From NCBI GenBank assembly GCA_900553835.1, contig USFF01000001.1:1568-65567 (forward strand): a DNA stretch of 64,000 bases, read 5' to 3'. Source of the stretch: an uncultured Mycoplasmatota bacterium (GTDB lineage: Bacteria > Bacillota_I > Bacilli_A > RF39 > UBA660). Under the pieces are notes generated by a model that was not told the origin of the DNA, did no database searches, and worked only from the letters and a program-made list of their open reading frames with translations. The position numbers and the translations under genes are program-made. Below are positions 10,276 through 18,546 of the stretch, one piece after another (the stretch's first letter is position 1; every line of letters starts with the position of its first letter).

Positions 10276-10612
10276 ATATCTTAGGTAAACGCTGCATATA
10301 ATTATGTAGAGGAAAGTCCATACTCGCATAATCTGAGATTGATTATAGTGTTCGTGCTAGAGGAAAAAATAACTCTAGGTAGAGAAATCTAACGGCGATG
10401 AAAATGGAAAGTTCTTTCATGAGTAGTTGTAAAGTGCCATAGAGACGATGCATTTTAGGAATAAAATGAGTGGAACGCGGTAAACCCCACGAGCGAGAAA
10501 CCCAAATTTGGTAGGGGAGTCTACACAAATGAAATGAAAAGAGTGTAGGAGTTAATAACTAGATAAATGTTTACCACCCGTAAGGGCACAGAAAATGGCT
10601 TATTAGATATTT
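10274..10612 (+). ncRNA. rnpB: RNase P RNA, bacterial type B
   Basis: Conserved GAGGAAAGTCCAT, GTGCCA.AG.GACG, GGAACGCGGTAAACCCC.CGAGCGAGAAACCCAAATTTGGTAGGGG and ACAGAAAATGGCTTA blocks. P1 pairing is AAATATCT/AGATATTT. The ends are approximate. Confidence 0.9.
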
Positions 10613-10637
10613 ATATAAATAAAAAGGAGTTAAATTT

Positions 10638-11135
10638 ATGAAGGACATCGGTAGTCAATTTGAAGAAAAAAGACGAGAAATCGGAATTAAATTAGAAGAA
10701 GCTGCAAGTGATTTAGAAATCACAGTTGCTCAGCTTGAAAATTTAGAAGATGGTAATGTTAATGCTTTTAAAGACATTTTTTTCTTAAAAGAATTAATAA
10801 AAAAATATGCTATTTATCTAAATTTAGATGACAATAAAATTATGGAAGAATTTAATGACTTTGTATTTGATTTTACTAGTAAAATACCAGTTGAAGAAAT
10901 TGAAGAGAAAGTTAAAGAAATTGTAACTCAAAATGAAAAAGAAACAAGAAAGAAAATAAGTTCTCCTTATACTAGAAAAAAGGTTAGAAAAGCTAAACTT
11001 AGACCTGTATATGTATTTACATTAGTAACTGTTTTACTTGTTTCTATAACATTTATATTATTAAATGTATTTCTAAATAAACAAAAAGAAATTAATTATG
11101 TAGGAAGTGAAATATTTAATGAATATACCAAATAA
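10638..11135 (+). CDS. RodZ-like HTH-domain membrane protein
   Basis: N-terminal HTH, a basic linker and one TM helix. It lies immediately upstream of pgsA, like ymfM/rodZ in Bacillus. Confidence 0.65.
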   Translation: MKDIGSQFEEKRREIGIKLEEAASDLEITVAQLENLEDGNVNAFKDIFFLKELIKKYAIYLNLDDNKIMEEFNDFVFDFTSKIPVEEIEEKVKEIVTQNEKETRKKISSPYTRKKVRKAKLRPVYVFTLVTVLLVSITFILLNVFLNKQKEINYVGSEIFNEYTK

Positions 11136-11712
11136 AATAACTATAGCTAGAATAATATTATCTATAATTTGTATAATACTTTTAGTATTACCCTTAGAAA
11201 CTTTTGGAATTAATCTTCCACCTGTAGTAGTAACTCCAGCTATTAGAGTACCTGTTAAATATATAATATGTGGGTGTTTATTCTTAATAGCATCTACAAC
11301 AGACTTTATAGATGGACATATTGCAAGAAAATATAACTTAGTAACAGATTTTGGTAAAGTAATGGATGCAGTTGCTGATAAAATACTTGTTAATGGTGTT
11401 TTAATTGCACTTGCATGTAATGGTTTTATCCATATGATAGTGCCTATCGTAATTGTATGTAGAGATATATTTGTTGACTCTATTAAAATGGTTGTAGGAA
11501 ATAAAATAGGTGCAGTAGGAGCATCAAAACTTGGAAAACTTAAAACTATATTTATGATGACAGGTGTAACTTTGATGTTATTTTATAACTTACCATTTGA
11601 AATATGGGGTCTAAGAATTGCGGATGCTTTAATAATGATAGCAACTATTTTATCAGTTGTAAGTGGTATTCAATATTATGTTAAAAATAGAAAGTATATC
11701 TTTGAAAGTTAG
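11119..11712 (+). CDS. pgsA: CDP-diacylglycerol--glycerol-3-phosphate 3-phosphatidyltransferase
   Basis: CDP-alcohol phosphatidyltransferase motif DFIDGHIARKYNLVTDFGKVMDAVADK. Multiple TM helices. Confidence 0.9.
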   Translation: MNIPNKITIARIILSIICIILLVLPLETFGINLPPVVVTPAIRVPVKYIICGCLFLIASTTDFIDGHIARKYNLVTDFGKVMDAVADKILVNGVLIALACNGFIHMIVPIVIVCRDIFVDSIKMVVGNKIGAVGASKLGKLKTIFMMTGVTLMLFYNLPFEIWGLRIADALIMIATILSVVSGIQYYVKNRKYIFES

Positions 11713-11796
11713 ATATGCTTTTTTATTTAATGGGAACTACTTTATAGATTGAAATTAAATGAAAAAAAGTATATACTAAATACAAGAGGTGGAATT

Positions 11797-13206
11797 ATGA
11801 TATTATATAATTCATTAAGCGGAAAAAAAGAAGAGTTTATTTCTAATGTTAAGGGCAAAGTTTTAATGTATACTTGTGGTCCAACAGTATATAACTATGC
11901 TCACATTGGTAACTTAAGAACTTACATAATGGAAGATGTACTTGAAAAGTCTCTCAAATATTTGGGCTATGATGTTAAAAGAGCAATGAATATAACTGAT
12001 GTAGGTCACTTACAAAATGATAGTGATAATGGTAAAGATAAAATGGTAGAAGGTGCTAAAAAAGAAAATAAATCTGTTTTAGAAATAGCAAAATATTATA
12101 CTGAGGCATTTAAAAATGATTTTAAAAAATTAAATCTTAAATGGCCTACAATAGTAGTTCCGGCTTCATCATGTATTGATACATATATTGAAATGATTAC
12201 AAAATTACTAGATAAAGGTTTTGCCTACAAGAGTGGAGGAAATATTTATTTTGATACTTCTAAATTAGAAAAATATAATGTTTTTTCTAGTCAGGTAAAA
12301 GAAGAATTACTTGTGGGAGCTAGAGAAGATGTTGATACAGATGAAAATAAGAAAAATCAACAAGATTTTGTTTTATGGTTTACTAAATCAAAATTTGAAA
12401 ATCAAGCACTAAAGTGGGAAAGTCCATGGGGTACTGGTTATCCAGGATGGCATATAGAATGTTCGGGAATTAATTACAAATATTTAGGAGAATATTTAGA
12501 TATTCATTGTGGGGGAATAGATAATAAATTTCCACATCATACAAATGAGATAGCCCAGTGTGAAGGTCTTTTTGGACACAAATGGTGCAACTATTGGTTT
12601 CATGTATCTCATTTAAATTTGAAAGATGCGAAAATGAGTAAATCAAGTGGAAATTTTGTTACAGTAAGTAAATTAATTGAAATGGGTTATAATCCTATGG
12701 TATACAAATTATTTTGTTTACAATCTCATTACAGAAATACTTTAATTTTTAGTAATGAAACAATAGAAGGTGCTAAAAGTGTTTATACCTCAATTGTTAA
12801 AAAAATAAAGTTAATTGATCCAAATGAAGGTGATTTAAATAATGAAGTGATTGCAAAATACAGAAGTAAATTTAGTGAAGCTTTATCTAATGATTTAAAT
12901 ACTTCTTTAGCAATTACAGTACTTTTTGATATGTTAAAAGATAACATTAGTGGAAAAGAAAAAGCATTTTTATTAAATGACTTTGATACTGTTTTAGATT
13001 TAGATCTTTTATCATATTTGAATTCCGATAAAAACGAAAATATTGATAAAAATTTATTAGAATTTATAAATAGCAAAATAGAAGAGAGAAAAGAAGCAAA
13101 GAAAAATAAAGATTTTGCCTTAGCAGATTTTATTAGAAAAGAACTTGAAATTAAAGGAATAATTTTAAAAGATACAAGAGAAGGGACAGAGTACGAAATA
13201 ATATAA
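11797..13206 (+). CDS. cysS: cysteine--tRNA ligase
   Basis: HIGN (HIGH) and KMSKS motifs. The start was moved to ATG 11797, behind AGAGGTGG. Confidence 0.95.
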   Translation: MILYNSLSGKKEEFISNVKGKVLMYTCGPTVYNYAHIGNLRTYIMEDVLEKSLKYLGYDVKRAMNITDVGHLQNDSDNGKDKMVEGAKKENKSVLEIAKYYTEAFKNDFKKLNLKWPTIVVPASSCIDTYIEMITKLLDKGFAYKSGGNIYFDTSKLEKYNVFSSQVKEELLVGAREDVDTDENKKNQQDFVLWFTKSKFENQALKWESPWGTGYPGWHIECSGINYKYLGEYLDIHCGGIDNKFPHHTNEIAQCEGLFGHKWCNYWFHVSHLNLKDAKMSKSSGNFVTVSKLIEMGYNPMVYKLFCLQSHYRNTLIFSNETIEGAKSVYTSIVKKIKLIDPNEGDLNNEVIAKYRSKFSEALSNDLNTSLAITVLFDMLKDNISGKEKAFLLNDFDTVLDLDLLSYLNSDKNENIDKNLLEFINSKIEERKEAKKNKDFALADFIRKELEIKGIILKDTREGTEYEII

Positions 13207-13237
13207 TGTTTTTTGCCTCAAAAAGGAGTGACTAAAT

Positions 13238-14989
13238 ATGACAGATTTTATTAAAAATCAAGAAGAAAAATTGAAAGAAATTATTATAAAATGTGGTTAT
13301 ACAATAGATAACGTAAGCATTGTCCCATCAGTAAAACCTGAATTAGGTCAATTTCAATTTAATGGAGTTATGGAACTAGCACAAAGAAATAAGATTAACC
13401 CAAGAATAATTGCTGATGCTATAGTCCAAAAAATGAACGGTGACGAAGATTATAAAAATGTAAACGTAGCAGGACCTGGGTTTATAAATATTTCATTTTC
13501 AGATAAAGCATTATCTAATTATTTAGAATATTTAAGAACGCATATTACTGAGAAAACAAAAAAAGATGAAAATAAAAAAATCATCATAGATTATGGTGGA
13601 CCAAATGTTGCCAAAACTTTACATGTAGGTCACTTACGTAGTGCTAACATAGGAGAAGCACTTAAAAGGCTTTCAAAAGAATTGAACTATGAAGTAATAA
13701 GCGACATTCATTTAGGAGACTGGGGTAGACCAATGGGATTAATAATGCTTGAGTTAAAAGAAAAACACCCAGACTGGGTTTACTTTGATGAAAATTATGA
13801 GGGAGAATACCCAAGTGAATGTCCAATTTCAAATAGTGACCTAGAAAAGATGTATCCAGTAGCAAGTAACAAGGCTAAAGAAGATGAAGAATATCTTGAG
13901 GAAGCAAGAAACATTACAACAAAGTTGCAACGGAAACAAAAAGGTTACTATGAATTATGGAAGCAAATAGTTAAAATTTCTACTTCAGAAATCAAACACC
14001 TTTATGATAAACTTAACGTGTCATTTGATTTATGGAATGGCGAAAGTGATGCTGATGAATATGTTTCAGAAGTCATAAATTATTTAAAAGACAAAGGATT
14101 AGCATACGAAAGTGATGGAGCGCTTGTTATGGATGTTAGTTTACCAGATGATACTGCGGTAGTACCACCATTATTACTAGTTAAATCAAATGGTGCTATT
14201 TCTTACGAAATGACAGATTTAGCAACTTTATGGGAAAGGGTAAAAAATTATAGTCCTGATGAAATTTGGTATGTAGTAGACAAAAGACAAGATTTACATT
14301 TCGAACAAGTTTTTAGAGCAGCTTATAAATCAGGAATTGTGCCAAAAAATATAAAACTAGAATTTATTGGTTTTGGGACTATGAATGGAAAAGATGGAAA
14401 ACCATTTAAAACAAGAGATGGTGGGGTAATGTCTTTATCAAATCTAATTGATGCTGTAAAAAAAGCAACTTTAAATAAACTAAATCCTAATATAACTGGG
14501 AAAGATAGAGATGAAATTTCAGATGTATTAGCTGTTGGTGCACTTAAATATGCAGACTTACTTCCAAATAGATCGACTGATTATATTTTTGATGAAGAAA
14601 AATTCTGTGATTTTAATGGTAAAACTGGAATATATATATTATATTCTATAGTTAGAATAAGATCATTGTTAGCTAAAGCTAAAGAGCAAAATATTGCTAT
14701 TGGACCAATAAAACAGTTAACTTGTGACTCTGACAGAAATATTGCTATAAAAATACCTGAAATCTTTTCTATATTAGATAAATCCTTTAGAATAAAATCT
14801 CTTAATGATATAGCAGAATATTTGTATCAGTTAATAAATGTTTTTAATAATTTTTATACGTCTAACAGAATTTTAACAGAAAATGATGAATTAACAAGAG
14901 AGTCTTGGTTAGGGCTTGCTGAACTTGTATATAATATTAGTTTTAAATTAATAAATATTTTAGGAATAAAAGAGCCAAGAAAGATGTAA
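13238..14989 (+). CDS. argS: arginine--tRNA ligase
   Basis: 583 aa with the HVGHLRS class-I motif and a typical ArgS N- and C-terminal layout. Confidence 0.95.
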   Translation: MTDFIKNQEEKLKEIIIKCGYTIDNVSIVPSVKPELGQFQFNGVMELAQRNKINPRIIADAIVQKMNGDEDYKNVNVAGPGFINISFSDKALSNYLEYLRTHITEKTKKDENKKIIIDYGGPNVAKTLHVGHLRSANIGEALKRLSKELNYEVISDIHLGDWGRPMGLIMLELKEKHPDWVYFDENYEGEYPSECPISNSDLEKMYPVASNKAKEDEEYLEEARNITTKLQRKQKGYYELWKQIVKISTSEIKHLYDKLNVSFDLWNGESDADEYVSEVINYLKDKGLAYESDGALVMDVSLPDDTAVVPPLLLVKSNGAISYEMTDLATLWERVKNYSPDEIWYVVDKRQDLHFEQVFRAAYKSGIVPKNIKLEFIGFGTMNGKDGKPFKTRDGGVMSLSNLIDAVKKATLNKLNPNITGKDRDEISDVLAVGALKYADLLPNRSTDYIFDEEKFCDFNGKTGIYILYSIVRIRSLLAKAKEQNIAIGPIKQLTCDSDRNIAIKIPEIFSILDKSFRIKSLNDIAEYLYQLINVFNNFYTSNRILTENDELTRESWLGLAELVYNISFKLINILGIKEPRKM

Positions 14990-15466
14990 ATGAAGTTGTC
15001 TATGCGAGTGAAAAGTGAAGAATTAAGGAGATTTAAAACTAACGTTATTTATGACTATGGATACAGAGTGGTGTATTATTATGAAAAATATCATGAGGTG
15101 CCACAAACTTTATATGCAGAAAATATAGAAGATTTTATTTGTTTTTTCAAAGAGAAAAATAAAAAAATTAAATATAATGGTACTCAGGATTTATTAAAAA
15201 GATTTTTAGAAAAGGTGCCTGATGCATTAGGTGTTGCAATTTATGATATTGATCAAAATTGTATTGTAAAGTTAATTAAAGGTGGAGTAAAAAAAATTAA
15301 CGATACTGTAGTTTATAAAGAAGAATTAATTTATGATTATAACTATGTTACAGTTAAGGATGGATTTAGAATCGTTTATTTATATAATGATGGAACTTAT
15401 AAGCTTGGAGTAGGTGCTAAAAACATCGAGGATTTTATGAAAGAATTACTCCTTATGAACCTATAG
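14990..15466 (+). CDS. hypothetical protein with an internal duplication; the reading frame apparently continues to 15630 after a frameshift
   Basis: The start directly abuts the argS stop. Two modules share ..YDY.Y.VVY.Y...Y.....A.NIEDF. The matching tail of module 2 (..DLLNRYLEECQGVDGVALYNVDG) is in another frame at 15421-15630. Confidence 0.5.
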   Translation: MKLSMRVKSEELRRFKTNVIYDYGYRVVYYYEKYHEVPQTLYAENIEDFICFFKEKNKKIKYNGTQDLLKRFLEKVPDALGVAIYDIDQNCIVKLIKGGVKKINDTVVYKEELIYDYNYVTVKDGFRIVYLYNDGTYKLGVGAKNIEDFMKELLLMNL

Positions 15467-15687
15467 GTGAATTATGTGAAATTCCGCCATTTATATCAGT
15501 AGAAGATTTATTAAATAGATATTTAGAAGAATGCCAAGGAGTAGATGGGGTTGCATTATATAATGTAGATGGTACTTTAATTGATCAAAGGAATAGAATA
15601 AATTCTAATATAAAACAAAATTTAATTTGAGTGTATAAGTTGCACAGTGTATTTACTATAAAGTAGTTAAAAAACCTATATTTTAGA

Positions 15688-15715
15688 TTGACTTTTATAT
15701 TAAAAATTGTATAAT
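15688..15715 (+). promoter_or_regulatory. sigma-A type promoter of the small-ORF/ThiF-like/ABC-F operon
   Basis: TTGACT, 16 nt, TATAAT, with TG just upstream of the -10. Confidence 0.45.
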
Positions 15716-15757
15716 ATTATTAAAGAAGGGATAACAACTTCATTTGGTAGGAGGTAT

Positions 15758-15826
15758 ATGATGAAATTTAATGTAAAAAAAGTAACAGAAGCTAAATTTT
15801 CTTGTCACGTTGATCAAAACTGTTAA
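15758..15826 (+). CDS. 22-aa candidate precursor peptide MMKFNVKKVTEAKFSCHVDQNC
   Basis: GGAGG lies 5-8 nt upstream of tandem ATGs. It sits between a promoter and the ThiF-like gene and is followed by a hairpin. Not in the ORF track. Confidence 0.45.
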   Translation: MMKFNVKKVTEAKFSCHVDQNC

Positions 15827-15830
15827 TTAA

Positions 15831-15849
15831 AGCTCATTATTGAGCTTTT
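15831..15849 (+). terminator. hairpin (partial terminator/attenuator) between the small ORF and the ThiF-like gene
   Basis: AAGCTCA-TTAT-TGAGCTT stem-loop followed by TTTATCATT. Confidence 0.4.
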
Positions 15850-15870
15850 ATCATTATAACGGAGGTAAAA

Positions 15871-16893
15871 ATGTTAATTTTAAATACAACAAAACCATTT
15901 TATGTAGACAAGGTTAATAAAATAGTTAGAATGGGTAATTTTAAAGAAACGGGTAAAGAAATTGATTATGAGGATGAAATATTTTTATCTCTGATTAATA
16001 ATCTAAAAGAACCAATAGAGGAAAATGAACTTATAGAAAAAATTTTTAAAGAAACAAACATAGATAAAAATGAAGTCAAGAATATAATTGCGTATTTAAT
16101 AGAAGAAAATTTTATTATTAAAAATGAAGAATATGAAAAAATATGTAAAAGTGAGTATAGTAGGCAAGATTTATTTTTTTCACTATTTACAGATAATTTT
16201 AAGCAGAACAAAAAAATATTTGCTGACAAAACTGTTTTAGTATTAGGCTTGGGTGGAGTAGGTGCTAATGTTGCATATATGCTTTCACGTGCAGGTTTTG
16301 AAAATTTTATTTTGGTCGATAATGATATTGTTGAGTATAGTAATTTAATAAGACAATATCCATATCAGAAGAGGGACTTAGGAAGAAATAAAACTGAAGC
16401 TCTAGCATCTAAATTAGATGGAAATATAGTAACCAAAAAAATTATGATAGATAAAAAAGAACAAATTTTAAAAGATATTCAAAAATGTGATATTGTTATA
16501 TGTACTTTAGATAAACCTTTTAGAGTTATTAGAAGATTGATTAATGATATATGTGTCAGTGAAAATAAACCTGTTATTTTTGCCGGTTTCGCTGAACATG
16601 TTGCAATGATAGGACCATTTGTGATACCGCATGAAACAGCTTGTTTAAAATGTATAGACAAAGAAACAACAGATATACCTCTAGAAAATGTCAAAAACAT
16701 ACCATCTTATGGTCCGTTGTGTGCGTTGATTTCTTCAATTGTTGTTAATGAAATTATAAAATATTTTAATAATTATACGGAATATAATTTGAGAGGAAAA
16801 ACAATGATGTTTAATTTTGCAACATATGATACTCAAATAATTAATTGGAATAAAAAAGATACATGTGAGGTGTGTGCTAAATATGATAGTTAA
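15871..16893 (+). CDS. ThiF/E1-family adenylyltransferase with an N-terminal winged-helix-like extension (MccB/PaaA-like)
   Basis: GLGGVGANVA nucleotide loop, DNDIVEYSNLIRQ, and two CxxC pairs (CLKC, CEVC). About 95 aa precede the YSRQ motif. 340 aa. Confidence 0.8.
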   Translation: MLILNTTKPFYVDKVNKIVRMGNFKETGKEIDYEDEIFLSLINNLKEPIEENELIEKIFKETNIDKNEVKNIIAYLIEENFIIKNEEYEKICKSEYSRQDLFFSLFTDNFKQNKKIFADKTVLVLGLGGVGANVAYMLSRAGFENFILVDNDIVEYSNLIRQYPYQKRDLGRNKTEALASKLDGNIVTKKIMIDKKEQILKDIQKCDIVICTLDKPFRVIRRLINDICVSENKPVIFAGFAEHVAMIGPFVIPHETACLKCIDKETTDIPLENVKNIPSYGPLCALISSIVVNEIIKYFNNYTEYNLRGKTMMFNFATYDTQIINWNKKDTCEVCAKYDS

Positions 16894-18484
16894 TAATATA
16901 AAAGTAGAATTTAATGGTAATTTAATAATAGATGATGTATCATTTAAAATAAATAAAGGGGAAAAAGTAGGACTAGTAGGTAAAAATGGAAGTGGTAAAA
17001 GTACTCTTTTAAAAACTATTTCTGCTGAAAGCAATAAATCTTTTGTTAAGACTAATGGTGAAACAATTGGTTATTTAAAACAAGAAATCGAAGAAGAATA
17101 TTATGATTACAGTGTACTTGAATATATTAGAGAAGTTACTAAAGTAGAGAGTTTAGAAAATAAATTAAATGAACTTTCTTTGAATTTGACTGAAGATAGA
17201 ATGGAAGAATATACTCTTGTGTATAATGAATTTTTAAGCATAGATGGTTACAATTTTGAAAGTAATCTTGAAATTATAAAAAATGGTCTAAATTTGAGGG
17301 AACCACTTGATACCAAAATTAAAAAATTATCTGGCGGAGAAAAAATAAAAGTTTTATTAATAGAATTATTAATGTTAAACAAAGATATATTACTCTTAGA
17401 TGAACCTACAAATAATCTTGATACCGAAGCAATAACTTGGTTAGAAAAATATTTAAAACAAAGTGCAAAAAAAATGATTATTGTATCACATGATGAAATT
17501 TTTCTTAATAATATAGTAAACAAAATATTTGAATTATCAGATGGGAAAATTAAAGAGTATAACATGACTTATAATAAGTATTTAATAGCTAAAGAAAATG
17601 AATATAATAGAGAAAAAGAAGAGTATTATAAAACTAAAGAAGAAAAAGAAAGACTTAAAAGTGAATTAGAAAAAGCAAAAAGATGGGCTAATTCTGGAAA
17701 CAGTAAAAAAGCGCATAATGATAATGATAAAATAGCTAATAATTATGCTAAGGAAAGAACAAGTACATCAAATATAAAAAGAATAACAAGAAATTTAGAT
17801 AAGTTAAATATTCCTAATTTTGAAGAAAAAAAGCCTATAGACGTATTTTTTAGTTTAGATGATGACAAAGGAAATAAAGACATAGTTTTGGATAATCTTG
17901 TATGTGGCTATGATACATTTAAAACTGTTCTTCTTAATTTAACAATACCATATGGGATTAAAGTTCAAATAAAAGGTTTTAATGGAAGTGGAAAAACTAC
18001 TTTAATAAAAACTATTTTAGGACAAATAGATCCTATTAAAGGAACTATTAGTGTAGGTTCTAAAGTTAAGATGGGATATATTTCACAAAATACATTATTA
18101 GAAGGTAATAAGTCTGTTATAGAGTATCTTACTGAAAATATGAATGAAGTTAATTATTCCTTTGTGTTTACTTTGCTTGAAAAATTAAACATTAGTTATG
18201 AAGACAAAGATAAAATTTATTCTAAATTGTCACCAGGAGAAAGAACAAGAGTTGCTATTGCTAAACTTGCACTTTTAAAAACCAATGTATTAATATTAGA
18301 TGAAGTAACTAATCATCTTGATAAAGAAGCGCTTGACTTAATATATGAACTTATAAGTAGTTATGAAGGAACTATAATTAGTATTTCACACAATAGAAAA
18401 TATAATGAACTATTAGATGCAGACATTTTATTAGATATGAGTACTGGTTTAATAGAAAATTTAAAATTAACAAAAAAGTTATAA
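16883..18484 (+). CDS. ABC-F family ATPase (two ABC cassettes, charged linker, no TM segments)
   Basis: GKNGSGKST/LSGGEK/LLLDEPTNNLD and GFNGSGKTT/LSPGER/LILDEVTNHLD motifs. A Lys/Glu-rich inter-domain linker. The ATG overlaps the ThiF-like stop by 11 nt. Confidence 0.85.
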   Translation: MIVNNIKVEFNGNLIIDDVSFKINKGEKVGLVGKNGSGKSTLLKTISAESNKSFVKTNGETIGYLKQEIEEEYYDYSVLEYIREVTKVESLENKLNELSLNLTEDRMEEYTLVYNEFLSIDGYNFESNLEIIKNGLNLREPLDTKIKKLSGGEKIKVLLIELLMLNKDILLLDEPTNNLDTEAITWLEKYLKQSAKKMIIVSHDEIFLNNIVNKIFELSDGKIKEYNMTYNKYLIAKENEYNREKEEYYKTKEEKERLKSELEKAKRWANSGNSKKAHNDNDKIANNYAKERTSTSNIKRITRNLDKLNIPNFEEKKPIDVFFSLDDDKGNKDIVLDNLVCGYDTFKTVLLNLTIPYGIKVQIKGFNGSGKTTLIKTILGQIDPIKGTISVGSKVKMGYISQNTLLEGNKSVIEYLTENMNEVNYSFVFTLLEKLNISYEDKDKIYSKLSPGERTRVAIAKLALLKTNVLILDEVTNHLDKEALDLIYELISSYEGTIISISHNRKYNELLDADILLDMSTGLIENLKLTKKL

Positions 18485-18546
18485 ATTTGCATTAATGAAA
18501 AAAGTGTGCTATAATAAGTACACTTTTTTATTTAAGGGGGAAAAGT

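Noticed and set aside
10343-10528. 61-aa minus-strand ORF from the track
   Set aside because: It lies entirely inside the RNase P RNA gene (conserved type-B blocks on the plus strand) and has no Shine-Dalgarno.
11713-11796. Possible T-box leaders upstream of cysS (and argS at 13207-13237)
   Set aside because: The intergenic regions are about 85 and 30 nt, far too short for a T-box. No specifier or T-box consensus was seen.
18499-18530. Hairpin after the ABC-F gene as a clean operon terminator
   Set aside because: The stem (AAAGTGT..ACACTTT plus T-run) is real, but it overlaps a good TTGCAT-17-TATAAT promoter for the acyltransferase gene. Its role as terminator versus promoter context is therefore ambiguous, and it is not listed as a feature.
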